From: a virus
Lineage: Duplodnaviria > Caudoviricetes
Direction: 5' to 3' (one strand)
Virus record (IMG/VR): IMGVR_UViG_3300028833_000067
Location: 1 to 64,000 of that record
Length of the DNA stretch: 64,000 nt
How positions within the stretch are numbered: the stretch's first letter is position 1; the number at the start of each line of letters is the position of its first letter. Of this stretch, positions 9,926 to 20,466 are shown piece after piece. A program made the position numbers and the translations under genes. A model generated the notes under the pieces. The model did not search any database and was not told the origin of the DNA. It saw only the letters and a program-made list of their open reading frames with translations.

Positions 9926-11047
9926 ATGACAGCATCATTACAAGGACTTGATCCAGAACTAGATTTGTTAGATGTAAGTATTCAAGATATGATAGATTCT
10001 ATTACTTTGGAAGATGTGAAAACATTTCTAGAAAGTTTGGGCGTAGATCAAATTGCAATGTATGAAGATAAAGGATATTTAGTCTGTCCGACAATTTGTC
10101 ATAATCCATTAGATGAAGCAGAATCAATGAAGCTATATTGGTATCAAAATAATAAAATATTTAGATGCTATACAGAATGTAATGAAGCGATGTCAATCTT
10201 TACTTTATATCAAAAGTTTATGAGAATAAATTATCATAAAGTAGAGTTTGAAGAAGCGGTAGATTATGTAAAGAAATGCATTAAGCATATTACAATTTCT
10301 GACCATAAGAAATATAAATCTGAAATTAATTTTGAACAATATAAGTTTGATTCTTCTATTCCTCAACTAACTGAATATCCAAAAGAAATGTTAAGTTATT
10401 TTCTTCCATATCATCATCCTTTGTGGCTTAAAGATGGAATCAAGCCCGAAGTTATGGATAAGTTTCATATTGGATTTTTAAATGCTCAAAATAAGATAAC
10501 GATTCCACATTTTGATATAAATGGTCGATTGGTAGGTATTCGCGCGCGGACACTTAATCCAGAAGAAGCAGAAGAATATGGAAAATATCGGCCAGTACAA
10601 ATTGGTCAAACATTATATGCACATCCATTACATTTTAACTTATACGGTATATATGAACATCAAAATGCAATTAGAAAGCGCAGAAGCGCGATAATCGCGG
10701 AAGGTGAAAAATCAGTATTATTGGATGAAGGATATTATGGTGAATATGCAAATGCAGTAGCATGTTGCGGATCAATGATAAATAAATTTCATGTAAGTTT
10801 GTTAACTAATATTCTCGGCGCGAATGAAATTACAATTGCTTTTGATAAAGAATATGAAGATTGGCGCTCAAATGAGGCAAGAGAATATCGCACAAAAATA
10901 GAGAATATGTGTAGAAAATTTCAAGGGCAAGCAACATTTTATTATATATGGGATATGGATAATCTTTTAAGATATAAAGATTCTCCATTTGATAGAGGTA
11001 AAGAAGTTTTTGAAAAACTTTATAGACATAGAATAAGAGTAAGATAA
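9926..11047 (+). CDS. dnaG: DNA primase (DnaG-like)
   Basis: Zn motif TICH...FRCYTEC, ITIPH...LVGIRAR, TOPRIM EGEKS and AFDK. Confidence 0.85.
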   Translation: MTASLQGLDPELDLLDVSIQDMIDSITLEDVKTFLESLGVDQIAMYEDKGYLVCPTICHNPLDEAESMKLYWYQNNKIFRCYTECNEAMSIFTLYQKFMRINYHKVEFEEAVDYVKKCIKHITISDHKKYKSEINFEQYKFDSSIPQLTEYPKEMLSYFLPYHHPLWLKDGIKPEVMDKFHIGFLNAQNKITIPHFDINGRLVGIRARTLNPEEAEEYGKYRPVQIGQTLYAHPLHFNLYGIYEHQNAIRKRRSAIIAEGEKSVLLDEGYYGEYANAVACCGSMINKFHVSLLTNILGANEITIAFDKEYEDWRSNEAREYRTKIENMCRKFQGQATFYYIWDMDNLLRYKDSPFDRGKEVFEKLYRHRIRVR

Positions 11048-11059
11048 GGAGAATAGAAA

Positions 11060-11263
11060 ATGAAATGGGATGAATTTGATAAAATGATATCTATTGATAC
11101 ATGGAAAACACGCTCACAAGTAAACGTTGAATGTCCGAAATGCGGGGCAAAGCTATTCCGTAGAAATGATATAGTTTTAACTTCGTATCCAGCACAATAT
11201 CAATATGAATGTGATAAGTGTAATTGGGTAGGATATTCTACTAATGCAGGTGATACACTATGA
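11060..11263 (+). CDS. Small zinc-ribbon protein
   Basis: CPKC...CDKC, AAGGAG SD. Confidence 0.7.
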   Translation: MKWDEFDKMISIDTWKTRSQVNVECPKCGAKLFRRNDIVLTSYPAQYQYECDKCNWVGYSTNAGDTL

Positions 11264-13032
11264 GATATAGATTAAGAAAAGAATATAGTACTAATCCAGA
11301 TAAAGCACTAAAAGAGCTTCTACAAGATAGAGGAGTTCAAGATATAGAGCAATTTATGAATCCTAGTATGTTATGTGAAAATGATCCATATCAATTAAAG
11401 AATGTTGATGCTGCCGCAGAGATGCTACTTCATCATTTGCGTGAAAAGCATAAAATTCTTTTTGTTGTAGATGCTGACTGTGATGGATTTACATCAAGTG
11501 CAATTCTCTGGCTATATATTAAACATATTTTTCCAGAAATAGAATTAGAATTTACTGTACATGATCATAAGCAACACGGTCTTAATGATAAAGTAGATTG
11601 GATTACAGATGAAGCACGTTGGGATTTAGTAATTTTGCCTGATGCAGGTTCATATGATGTAAAAGAGCATTACTTACTTGGAGAAATGGGTATGGATGTT
11701 ATTTGTTTAGATCATCATGAACAGCTATATGATGACCAGGGTAATCCAGTTATTTCCAATCTTCCAACGACTATTGTAGTAAATAATCAGCTATCACCAG
11801 ATTATCCAAATAAGTCATTATGTGGGGCTGGTGTTGTCTATAAGTTCTGCGAAGTCCTAGATGCAAAACTAGGAATAGATCAAGCACATAATTATATAGA
11901 TTTAGCCGCGCTTGGAGAAATCGCGGATGTAATGGATAGAACGAATATAGAGACTAACTATATTATGATGGAAGGATTAAAGAATATTCATAATGAAGGC
12001 TTTAGAACGCTTATTGAATCTCAGGCATATTCATTGAAAGATAAAGCTGTTTCTCCATATAATGGCTTAACTCCAATTGATATTGCCTTTTATATTGCTC
12101 CTCTTATTAATGCTATTACGCGCGTAGGAACAATCACAGAAAAAGAAACAATGTTTTATTGTTTTATTGAGCCCAATAGAGCTATGCCGAGTACTAAACG
12201 TGGGGCACGTCCAGGAGATATTGAATATGCAGCTGAGCAGACTGCGCGAGTAGGCAAGAACGCTAAAGCACGACAAGATAGATTAAAAGAACAGGCTATG
12301 GGTATAGTAGATTTTAAGATTCAGAAAGATGGCTTAGATGATAATAATATTATTCTTGTAGAATTAGATGCTATGGATAATATTCCACAAGAACTTACTG
12401 GCCTAATTGCAATGAATGTTGTAAGTAAGTATCATAAGCCTGTTATGATTGGCCGTCGCAATAATGACAATGAAATTCAAGGTAGTATTCGTTCTGATGG
12501 AAATTTCGCTGGATTGCCTAGCTTTAAGAAGTTCTTGGAAGATAGCGGATTAGTAACATATACCGCTGGACACGATAACGCCGCTGGCTGGGGATTAAAT
12601 GGCGATAAAATAGATTCTCTATTAAATTATGCTAACACGCATCTAAGTGCAAAAGACTTTGAAAATTGTTATGTTGTAGATTACATCTTAGATGGTAATG
12701 ATTATAATGATGAATTACTTAGCTGTCTTGCTTCACATCCAGAATACTTCGGCAATCATATTGAAGAGCCAATGATTGTTATTAAGGATATTCCATTAAT
12801 GAATGTTATGGTTATGGGAGCAAGTAAAGATAGTATCAAGATTTCATATAATGGTATTGATTATGTGAAATTTAAAGATACAGATTTCATTGAAGAAGTT
12901 ATGAACAACAGAACTAAAAAACTTACTGTCTATGGGCGCGCGAATCTTAACTCTTGGATGGGGAAAGAATCAGTCCAAGTATTCATTACTGATTATGAAT
13001 TAGTGGAGGATAATAGTAAGTATGACTTTTGA
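11260..13032 (+). CDS. recJ: RecJ-like ssDNA exonuclease (DHH/DHHA1)
   Basis: DADCDG, DHH, LCGAGV, IADVM, PLINA, GSIRS, GHDNAAG. Confidence 0.92.
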   Translation: MRYRLRKEYSTNPDKALKELLQDRGVQDIEQFMNPSMLCENDPYQLKNVDAAAEMLLHHLREKHKILFVVDADCDGFTSSAILWLYIKHIFPEIELEFTVHDHKQHGLNDKVDWITDEARWDLVILPDAGSYDVKEHYLLGEMGMDVICLDHHEQLYDDQGNPVISNLPTTIVVNNQLSPDYPNKSLCGAGVVYKFCEVLDAKLGIDQAHNYIDLAALGEIADVMDRTNIETNYIMMEGLKNIHNEGFRTLIESQAYSLKDKAVSPYNGLTPIDIAFYIAPLINAITRVGTITEKETMFYCFIEPNRAMPSTKRGARPGDIEYAAEQTARVGKNAKARQDRLKEQAMGIVDFKIQKDGLDDNNIILVELDAMDNIPQELTGLIAMNVVSKYHKPVMIGRRNNDNEIQGSIRSDGNFAGLPSFKKFLEDSGLVTYTAGHDNAAGWGLNGDKIDSLLNYANTHLSAKDFENCYVVDYILDGNDYNDELLSCLASHPEYFGNHIEEPMIVIKDIPLMNVMVMGASKDSIKISYNGIDYVKFKDTDFIEEVMNNRTKKLTVYGRANLNSWMGKESVQVFITDYELVEDNSKYDF

Positions 13033-13183
13033 TGTGCGTGTTATTATTAACACAATTATTCTTGGCTTTTTAACTTGGGGTTTCGGCATTGAAGAAAATA
13101 AAAATTGGAAACGATTTGTTGGCTGGGCATTAATTAGTGTCGGTATTATTATGAATACTATTTCTGTATTCAATGGAGGATAA
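13022..13183 (+). CDS. Small two-TM membrane protein, 53 aa
   Basis: MTFDVRVIINTIILGFLTWGFG...FVGWALISVGIIMNTISVFNGG, GGAGG SD. Confidence 0.6.
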   Translation: MTFDVRVIINTIILGFLTWGFGIEENKNWKRFVGWALISVGIIMNTISVFNGG

Positions 13184-13184
13184 T

Positions 13185-13352
13185 ATGACAGTAAAAGAAT
13201 TCATTGAAAAACTACAAGAAATGTCTCAAGATTTGCTAGTAGTAGATTGGGGAGGCTATCATGTAGAAGGTTGCCATATTGAAGAAGAGTTTTATGATGG
13301 CGATTCTGCAAATCCTTGCTGCCCAGTTTTAACGGTAGTAATGATTGATTGA
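13185..13352 (+). CDS. Small hypothetical phage protein, 55 aa
   Basis: MTVKEFIEKLQEM..., GGAGG SD, ends TGA. Confidence 0.65.
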   Translation: MTVKEFIEKLQEMSQDLLVVDWGGYHVEGCHIEEEFYDGDSANPCCPVLTVVMID

Positions 13353-13377
13353 CTAAAAATAAAATTTGTGATATAAT
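13349..13377 (+). promoter_or_regulatory. Sigma-A/70 promoter for dnaE-nrdDG operon
   Basis: TTGACT-17 nt-TATAAT with TG extension. Confidence 0.85.
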
Positions 13378-13402
13378 AGATATAGATAAAGGAAGTGAGT
13401 AA

Positions 13403-16400
13403 ATGTCAAAGTATCCAGGATCCTGCCATAATCACACGATGTATAGTAATGAAACTCTTCGTGACTGTATTAATCGTGTTGAAGGTCTAATTGATTTAGC
13501 AATTGAACTTGGGCACGAATGTGTTGCAATCACTGATCATGAAACTATATCAAGTTATATTAAGGCAGAGAAATATTATAAGAAGATTAAAGAAACACAT
13601 CCAGATTTTAAGTTAATTCGTGGTAATGAAATATATCTTACTCGTAATGGTTTAACCGCGAAGAATTTTGATAAAACGAAAGATAGATATTTTCACTTTA
13701 TTCTTCTTGCAAAAGATAAGATTGGATATAAACAGATTTGTCAGTTATCGACAAGAGCATGGCAGCGTTCATATATGAGTCGGCGTCAACGTAGACGTCC
13801 AACTTATTATCAGGATTTAAAAGATATTGTAAAGCCAAATCCTGGGCACTTGATAGCTTCAAGTGCTTGTTTGGGTTCTCAGTTAGATAAATTCTTACTT
13901 CAATATATGGATACAGGCGATGAAGAATTTTATGAAACTGCGAAGCGTTGGTGCCTATATATTGAAGATATATTTGGTAAAGGTAATTTCTATTTGGAGA
14001 TGCAGCCTTCAAATGGAAAAGAACAAGTATTTGTTAATAAGCAATTATTAAAGATTTCAAAAGAACTTGGAATTAAATATATTATAACAACTGATAGCCA
14101 TTATGGGCGGCCGGAAGAAGCTAAAATTCATGAAGCATTTCTTAATTCACAAGATGGTGATAGAGAAGTTCGTTCATTCTATGCGACAACGTATATGATG
14201 AGTGATGAAGAGATTCGTAGTTTCTTTCCATATTTATCTAATGAAGAAATTGAAGCCGCATATAATGCAATTAGAGAAATAAAAGATAGGTGTGAAGATT
14301 TTAGTGTATTAAAGTCATTAAAGATTCCAAGCTTGCCTTGGCGTAAGTTTGAAGAACTCACTACACAAGAAATAACTGAATATAGTAAGAAGATGCCAGC
14401 GCTTGGAAACTTTATTTTATCTCCTCATAAGGCAGATAATATATTGGTAGATGCGCTAATTAATGGTATTAAGAAGCATGAAGATCTTCAAAATGAAAAA
14501 GCATATAAAGCACTAAATGAATGTCTAGAAATGACTTGGATTTCTTCAGAAGTAAATAAAGCACAGTGGTCTGCATATTTCTTAAATCTACAAAAGATTA
14601 TAGATGAATGTTGGAATGCAGGAACGATTGTATTGCCAGCGCGTGGATCTGGTATGGGATTCGTATTACTTTATGCGCTTGATATTATTCAAATAAATTG
14701 TTTAAGAGAAAAAACTAAGACATATCCTTGGCGCTTTCTTAATCCAGCACGTGTTTCCGTGCTCGATATTGATGTTGATATTGAGGGTGTTCGCAGAGCA
14801 CAGACTTTGGAGCATCTAAGAAAAGTATATGGAGAAAACCGAGTATCAAATGTTGCCACTTTTAAGACAGAAAAGTCAAAGTCAGCAATTCAAACAGCTT
14901 GTCGCGGCTTAGGTATAGATAATGATGAAGCATCTTATATTTCTAATCTTATTCAAGCAGAGCGTGGTCAGGTTTATACGTTAAAGCAAACTTATTATGG
15001 TGATGAAGAAAATGGAATCCCACCGAATCAGACTTTTATAAATGAGGTTAATAAGCATCCCGGACTTTGGGAAGTAGCTCAAAGAATTGAGGGTTTAATT
15101 TGTGGTCAGGGCATTCACGCAGGCGGTGTTGTATTTACAGATGAAGATTTTACAGAGTCTAGTGCATTGATGCGCGCGCCTGATGGTACAATTATTACAC
15201 AATTTGAGCTACATGATCTTGAAGATGTTTCAATGATTAAGATGGACTTGTTGAGTGTTGAAGCAGCTGATAAGATTCATACATGTTTGGATTTGTTAGT
15301 TGAGCAAGGTTACATTAAACAATATCCAACTTTAAGAGAAACATATGAAAATGCACTCGGTGTTTATAAAATAAATCGTGATGACGAGAAAATGTGGGAT
15401 ATGGTTCAAAACCATGAAATTGTATCTTTGTTTCAGATGGAACAGCAGAGCGGTGTGCGTGGTATCTCATTAACACATCCACGTAGTGTTGACGAACTCG
15501 CGGTTCTTAATTCAGTTATTCGTCTAATGGCAATTGAAAAGGGTGCAGAAAGTCCATTGGATAAGTACGCGCGATTTAGGGAGCGGCCGCAGGATTGGGA
15601 CAAAGAAATGATTCAGATGGGTCTTACGGATGAAGAACGTAAGATTATGCATCGTGAATTAGATATCTCAGATGGTATGTCCATCACACAGGAACAGTTT
15701 ATGCAGTTAGTACAGCTGCCTGAATGTGGCGGTTGGGACTTACAGTTTGCAGATAAATTAAGAAAGTCCATAGCAAAGAAAAATCCTAAAGAATATGATG
15801 CATTAACAAAACAATTCTTTGATAATGTAAAAGAAAAAGGATTAAGTGAAAAGTTCTGTAATTATGTATGGAATATCGAGATTGCATTAAGCCGTGGATA
15901 TGGATTTAATGCGGCACATACATATTCATATTCAATAGTTGCATTACAAGAAATGAATCTTGCACGCTTTTTCCCAATTATATTCTGGAATACCGCAAAT
16001 CTTATTGTAGATAGCGGCGGTATTCAAACTGTTGAATACGATGAAGATGGCGAAGCTTCTTTAGTAGTTGAAGCAGAACCTGATGAAGATCCAGATGAAG
16101 AAGAAGAACAAGAAGAATGGGAAGAAGAGAATGAAGTAACCGAGGGTGAAAAAGAAGATAAGAAAAAAGAAAAAACCAAGAGTATGGATTATGGTAAGGT
16201 TGCATCAGCGATTGGCCGATTTAGCACCTATGGAATTAAAGTCTCGCCGCCGAATATTAATGGTTCTTCTTATACTTTTACACCTGTTGTTTCAAAGAAT
16301 GAAATTTTATATGGACTTCGTGGTATAACAAGGTTATCAATCTCAATTATAAAAGATATTATGGAAAAGCGTCCATTTGCTTCTATGGATGATTTTTTAG

Positions 16401-17371
16401 AGAGGGTTAAATTAAATAAGACTCAAATGTCTAATTTAATTAAATGTGGAGCATTTGATGAATTAGTAGGTTTACCTCGTGAAGAAATTATGGCAAAGTA
16501 TATTGATATGATAGCTGATAAGAAACAGAGATTGACCTTACAGAATATGCAAATGCTTATTAATTATGATTTAATTCCAGAAAAATTAAGTTTTTGTAAG
16601 AAGTTATTCTTATTTAATAAGTTTTTAAAGCAGCAAAAGAAAGTTGAAAATTATCAATTAAATGATGCGGCTATTAACTTTATTGCGAATAATTTTAGTG
16701 CCGATTATATCTCAAATGGTACAAGTATTTCAGCAACAATATGGGATAATTTATATCAGCGTGGTATGGATCCAATGCGTATGTATTTAAAGGAAAATAA
16801 AGAAGAAGTACTGAATAAATTAAACAAAGCATTATATGATGAAATGTTTAATAAGTATGCGGCAGGAAATATATCACATTGGGAAATGGAATCGGTTTCA
16901 TTTTATAGTCATCCACATGAATTAGCGGATTCTCAGTATTTATATGATGATTTCTTTAAGCTGCCGGAAGAGCCAGAAGTAGATTATACTTTTACTGGTA
17001 AGGACGGTAATGAGGTAAGAATATATAAGTTGAGACGAATCATTGGCACGGTTATTGATAAGAATAAGATGAAGAATACTGTAACATTGCTGACGCCGAC
17101 TGGTGTAGTTAATGTTAAGGTGTATAAGAATCAATATGCCATGTTTGATAAACAGTTATCTCAAAAAGGCGCGGACGGGCGCAAACATGTCATTGAGCGC
17201 AGCTGGTTTTCGCGCGGTTCATTACTAATGGTGCAAGGCATTCGTCGTGGCGGAGACTTTATTCCTAAAAAGCGGAAAGATAGTTTTTATCCCGTAATTT
17301 CCAAGATTACAGCAATACATGATGATGGAACTTTAGAGTTCCAGACAGAACGAGTTGAGGTGAATGAATAA
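13403..17371 (+). CDS. dnaE: DNA polymerase III alpha subunit (family C)
   Basis: PHP (HNHT, AITDH, TTDSHY), RGSG, FLNPAR..LDIDVD, GIHAGG, KMDLL, YGFNAAH, OB fold. 1322 codons without TAG. Confidence 0.97.
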   Translation: MSKYPGSCHNHTMYSNETLRDCINRVEGLIDLAIELGHECVAITDHETISSYIKAEKYYKKIKETHPDFKLIRGNEIYLTRNGLTAKNFDKTKDRYFHFILLAKDKIGYKQICQLSTRAWQRSYMSRRQRRRPTYYQDLKDIVKPNPGHLIASSACLGSQLDKFLLQYMDTGDEEFYETAKRWCLYIEDIFGKGNFYLEMQPSNGKEQVFVNKQLLKISKELGIKYIITTDSHYGRPEEAKIHEAFLNSQDGDREVRSFYATTYMMSDEEIRSFFPYLSNEEIEAAYNAIREIKDRCEDFSVLKSLKIPSLPWRKFEELTTQEITEYSKKMPALGNFILSPHKADNILVDALINGIKKHEDLQNEKAYKALNECLEMTWISSEVNKAQWSAYFLNLQKIIDECWNAGTIVLPARGSGMGFVLLYALDIIQINCLREKTKTYPWRFLNPARVSVLDIDVDIEGVRRAQTLEHLRKVYGENRVSNVATFKTEKSKSAIQTACRGLGIDNDEASYISNLIQAERGQVYTLKQTYYGDEENGIPPNQTFINEVNKHPGLWEVAQRIEGLICGQGIHAGGVVFTDEDFTESSALMRAPDGTIITQFELHDLEDVSMIKMDLLSVEAADKIHTCLDLLVEQGYIKQYPTLRETYENALGVYKINRDDEKMWDMVQNHEIVSLFQMEQQSGVRGISLTHPRSVDELAVLNSVIRLMAIEKGAESPLDKYARFRERPQDWDKEMIQMGLTDEERKIMHRELDISDGMSITQEQFMQLVQLPECGGWDLQFADKLRKSIAKKNPKEYDALTKQFFDNVKEKGLSEKFCNYVWNIEIALSRGYGFNAAHTYSYSIVALQEMNLARFFPIIFWNTANLIVDSGGIQTVEYDEDGEASLVVEAEPDEDPDEEEEQEEWEEENEVTEGEKEDKKKEKTKSMDYGKVASAIGRFSTYGIKVSPPNINGSSYTFTPVVSKNEILYGLRGITRLSISIIKDIMEKRPFASMDDFLERVKLNKTQMSNLIKCGAFDELVGLPREEIMAKYIDMIADKKQRLTLQNMQMLINYDLIPEKLSFCKKLFLFNKFLKQQKKVENYQLNDAAINFIANNFSADYISNGTSISATIWDNLYQRGMDPMRMYLKENKEEVLNKLNKALYDEMFNKYAAGNISHWEMESVSFYSHPHELADSQYLYDDFFKLPEEPEVDYTFTGKDGNEVRIYKLRRIIGTVIDKNKMKNTVTLLTPTGVVNVKVYKNQYAMFDKQLSQKGADGRKHVIERSWFSRGSLLMVQGIRRGGDFIPKKRKDSFYPVISKITAIHDDGTLEFQTERVEVNE

Positions 17372-18477
17372 TGGTGGGCTTAGTAGATCTTTAGTTATAG
17401 AGTTGGCCAAAACCTCAACTCTGTCCTCCCAATCTTGAGATAATGAAGTTAGCTAATTATTATCAAACAGAAGAAAACAAGTTTTGCCGCCTAATAAATC
17501 TAGATGAAACTGAATTAACTAATTATGAAAAAATCTATATATTTAGTGAATCTAAAGAATATACTACGGTGCCTGAAGCATTCCTTCGGGCGCCTAATGT
17601 GGTATATGGTGGTACCGCTTTTACAAATGGCATATATGTACCATTTGAAAATAAATTAATTGACTTTACATTACCACGCACTCGTATATATCAAAATTTT
17701 CTTAAAGATAAACGTATCGCGGGATTAGATGATAAAGAGATTGGTAAGTTATTAGACAATTCTTATTATAGATGGCACGCAGGTGAAGAGATTTTGCCGC
17801 TACCAGCAGTACATAAACGGCATCGCTTTTATATCTATGATAATGATTTCTTTCAAGAAGGATGGAGAGAAGTTATTGATAAAATCATGCGGCGAACTCC
17901 ATCTTCAATACAATTCATTCATCCAGCACATTATAAGAAAATTTCAGATTTTTTAGAAGTGCGTGAAAACAGCCTGATTGCTCGTGGAAATGATGCGTAT
18001 TTAGATTTAGAGATTCCATTAAAAGAAACACCTATTTTAATGAAACATTATAAGAACCGATTACTCGCAGTAATTCCGCCAAGTTCACAAGTTTACTTAT
18101 CGCTTGGTGGCTCATTCCACTATCAATCAGACTATTTCAAAGATATTATTTATAAACTTAATTTATTGTATGTATTTTGGAGTTGCGGCATCCCATTAAA
18201 AATAAAATATGAAGAACCTGCAATAGGATGCTATAATCCAATTACAGATATATCCAAGCTGATTGCGACTTGGACACAAGGTGAAACAAGTAAATATAAA
18301 TCTATAGTAGAAAGGATTCCTAAAGATAAACGTATGACTGAAATTCGCCCAGAGCGCGAGCAGCTTGAAATAATAATTAAGAAATATCCTTCTCAAAAGA
18401 ACTTGTTTTATCAAAATATAGAAACGGTTAAACAAGGAGGTTTTTGGAAATATGGAAGTTACAGACATTAGAAGTAA
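17371..18477 (+). CDS. Conserved-type phage protein with N-terminus like phage radical-SAM-related proteins (TAG=Gln), 368 aa
   Basis: MVGLVDLQLQ...PNLEIMKLANYY...YGGTAF. TAG at codons 8 and 10 and at 18469. Ends TAA. No CxxxCxxC seen. Confidence 0.6.
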
Positions 18478-18658
18478 GTATGAAAGTTTAAGTGCGGCTT
18501 TAAAGAAAGAATTAAGTAAAATGGAACGTTCAGATAGGGTATTTGTCATTCGTGATGAAATCAAAGCTCTACAAAAAATGTGCCCTCATAATATGGGGCA
18601 TTATGATTTTTCTAATACCGATGAATGCCCCTACTGTGGGAAAAAATTTAAGGGGTGA
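18452..18658 (+). CDS. Small coiled-coil/zinc-finger protein
   Basis: CPH...CPYCG, AAGGAGG SD. Confidence 0.7.
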   Translation: MEVTDIRSKYESLSAALKKELSKMERSDRVFVIRDEIKALQKMCPHNMGHYDFSNTDECPYCGKKFKG

Positions 18659-18663
18659 TTCAT

Positions 18664-20466
18664 ATGAAATTACAAATTCGTAAACGTACTGGACAGTTAG
18701 TACCATTTGATAAAGAAAAAATTCAAACGGCTATATGTAAAGCTTGGCATGAAGTGTATCCTACAGAAACAGGTATGCCACCTTATGCTGCAGAGATAGC
18801 AAATGAGGTAGAGTATGTTGCTAATGAAATGGATGACCCACTTGGAGTAGAAGATATACAAGAATTAGTTGAAGACTATTTAACTGATTATGACTTAAAA
18901 GTTGGTAAAGCGTATATTAAGTATCGCTATAAACATGGTATTATGCGCGCAAATTCAACTGAATTTATTCGTGCTATTAGTGAAAAACTACAGGCATCTA
19001 ACGTGCAAAATCAAAATGCAAATATAGATGAACATTCATTTGGCGGCCGCGTCGGTGAAGCTTCTGATGAAATGATGAAGCAATATGCACTTGATTTTTG
19101 TATGTCTGAAATGGCTCGTAATAATCATTTAAATAATGAGATTTATATTCATGATTTAAGTGCTTATGCAGTAGGTATGCATAATTGTTTAAGTATTCCA
19201 TTTGATGATTTACTAGCTAAAGGATTTAACACTAGGCAAACGGATGTGCGCCCAGCTAATTCTATTAATACTGCTTTCCAGCTTGTGGCGGTTATATTCC
19301 AACTACAATCTTTAATGCAGTTTGGTGGCGTTAGCGCGACACATTTGGACTGGACGATGGTGCCTTATGTGAGGAAGAGTTTTTGGAAGCATTTTGATGA
19401 TGGAATTAAATACGTTGAAAATAAGGACGATTCAATAGAAGACATCAAAGAATATCATGGAGATTATATAAAAAATGAGAATCTCTCTATTAGCAAACCA
19501 ATTATTGGAAATCAAGATATTTCTAAAACTTATCCAAAAGCCTACAATTATGCAATGGATATGACTGAACGCGAACTTAAACAAGCCGTCGAAGGCATGT
19601 ATCATAACCTTAACACGCTCCAATCCAGAAGCGGAAATCAGCTGCCTTTCACATCCATTAATTATGGTACTTGTACACTACCTGAAGGTCGTATGGTAAT
19701 TAAGGCATTGCTAGAAGGCTCTATTAGGGGTGTAGGTAAATATCATAAAACTCCTATATTCCCATGTGGTATTTTCCAACTTGGAAAAGGCATTAATCGC
19801 GCGCCCGGTGATCCAAATTATGACTTATATCAACTTGCGCTTGAATCCACCGCTAAACGTATTTATCCCAATTATGCTAATATTGATTGGTCTGGAAATG
19901 CAGGATACGATCCAAACGATCCAACAACGTATTTCAGCACAATGGGATGCCGTACGGCAAATGGCGCGGACATAAATGCAGAACCAGGTGTTAATCCACA
20001 ACGTAAGGATGGCCGCGGAAATATATGTCCTGTTACTATTATTATGCCGACTATTGCAATGAATGCTAAATCAGCTTCAAATAATCCAAGAGGATGGGAT
20101 AGAGAAGAAGATTTAATTAATCATTTCTTACGTTGCTTAGATCAAAAGATACATGAGGCTAAAGATATGCTTCTTGAACGTTTTGAATGGATTTGTAAGC
20201 AGTCTCCTGCTTCTGCAAAGTTTATGTATGAAAATAATACGATGCTCGGTTATCATCCAGAAGAAGGAATTCGCTCAGCATTAAAGCATGGTACTATTGT
20301 TATCGGGCAGTTAGGACTTGCGGAAACGCTTCAAATCTTAATTGGCTGTGATCATACAACTGAAAAAGGAATGGAATTAGCTAAGAGGATTGAGCAACTA
20401 TTTAAAGATAGATGTGCAGAATTTAAAAAAGAATATAAATTAAACTTCGGAGTATATTACACTCCT
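18664..20466 (+). CDS. nrdD: Anaerobic (class III) ribonucleotide reductase, exon 1
   Basis: ATP-cone, YIHDL, HNC, QSRSGNQLPFTSIN, TPIFP, TMGCR, GRGN. Ends at GVYYTP. Confidence 0.95.
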
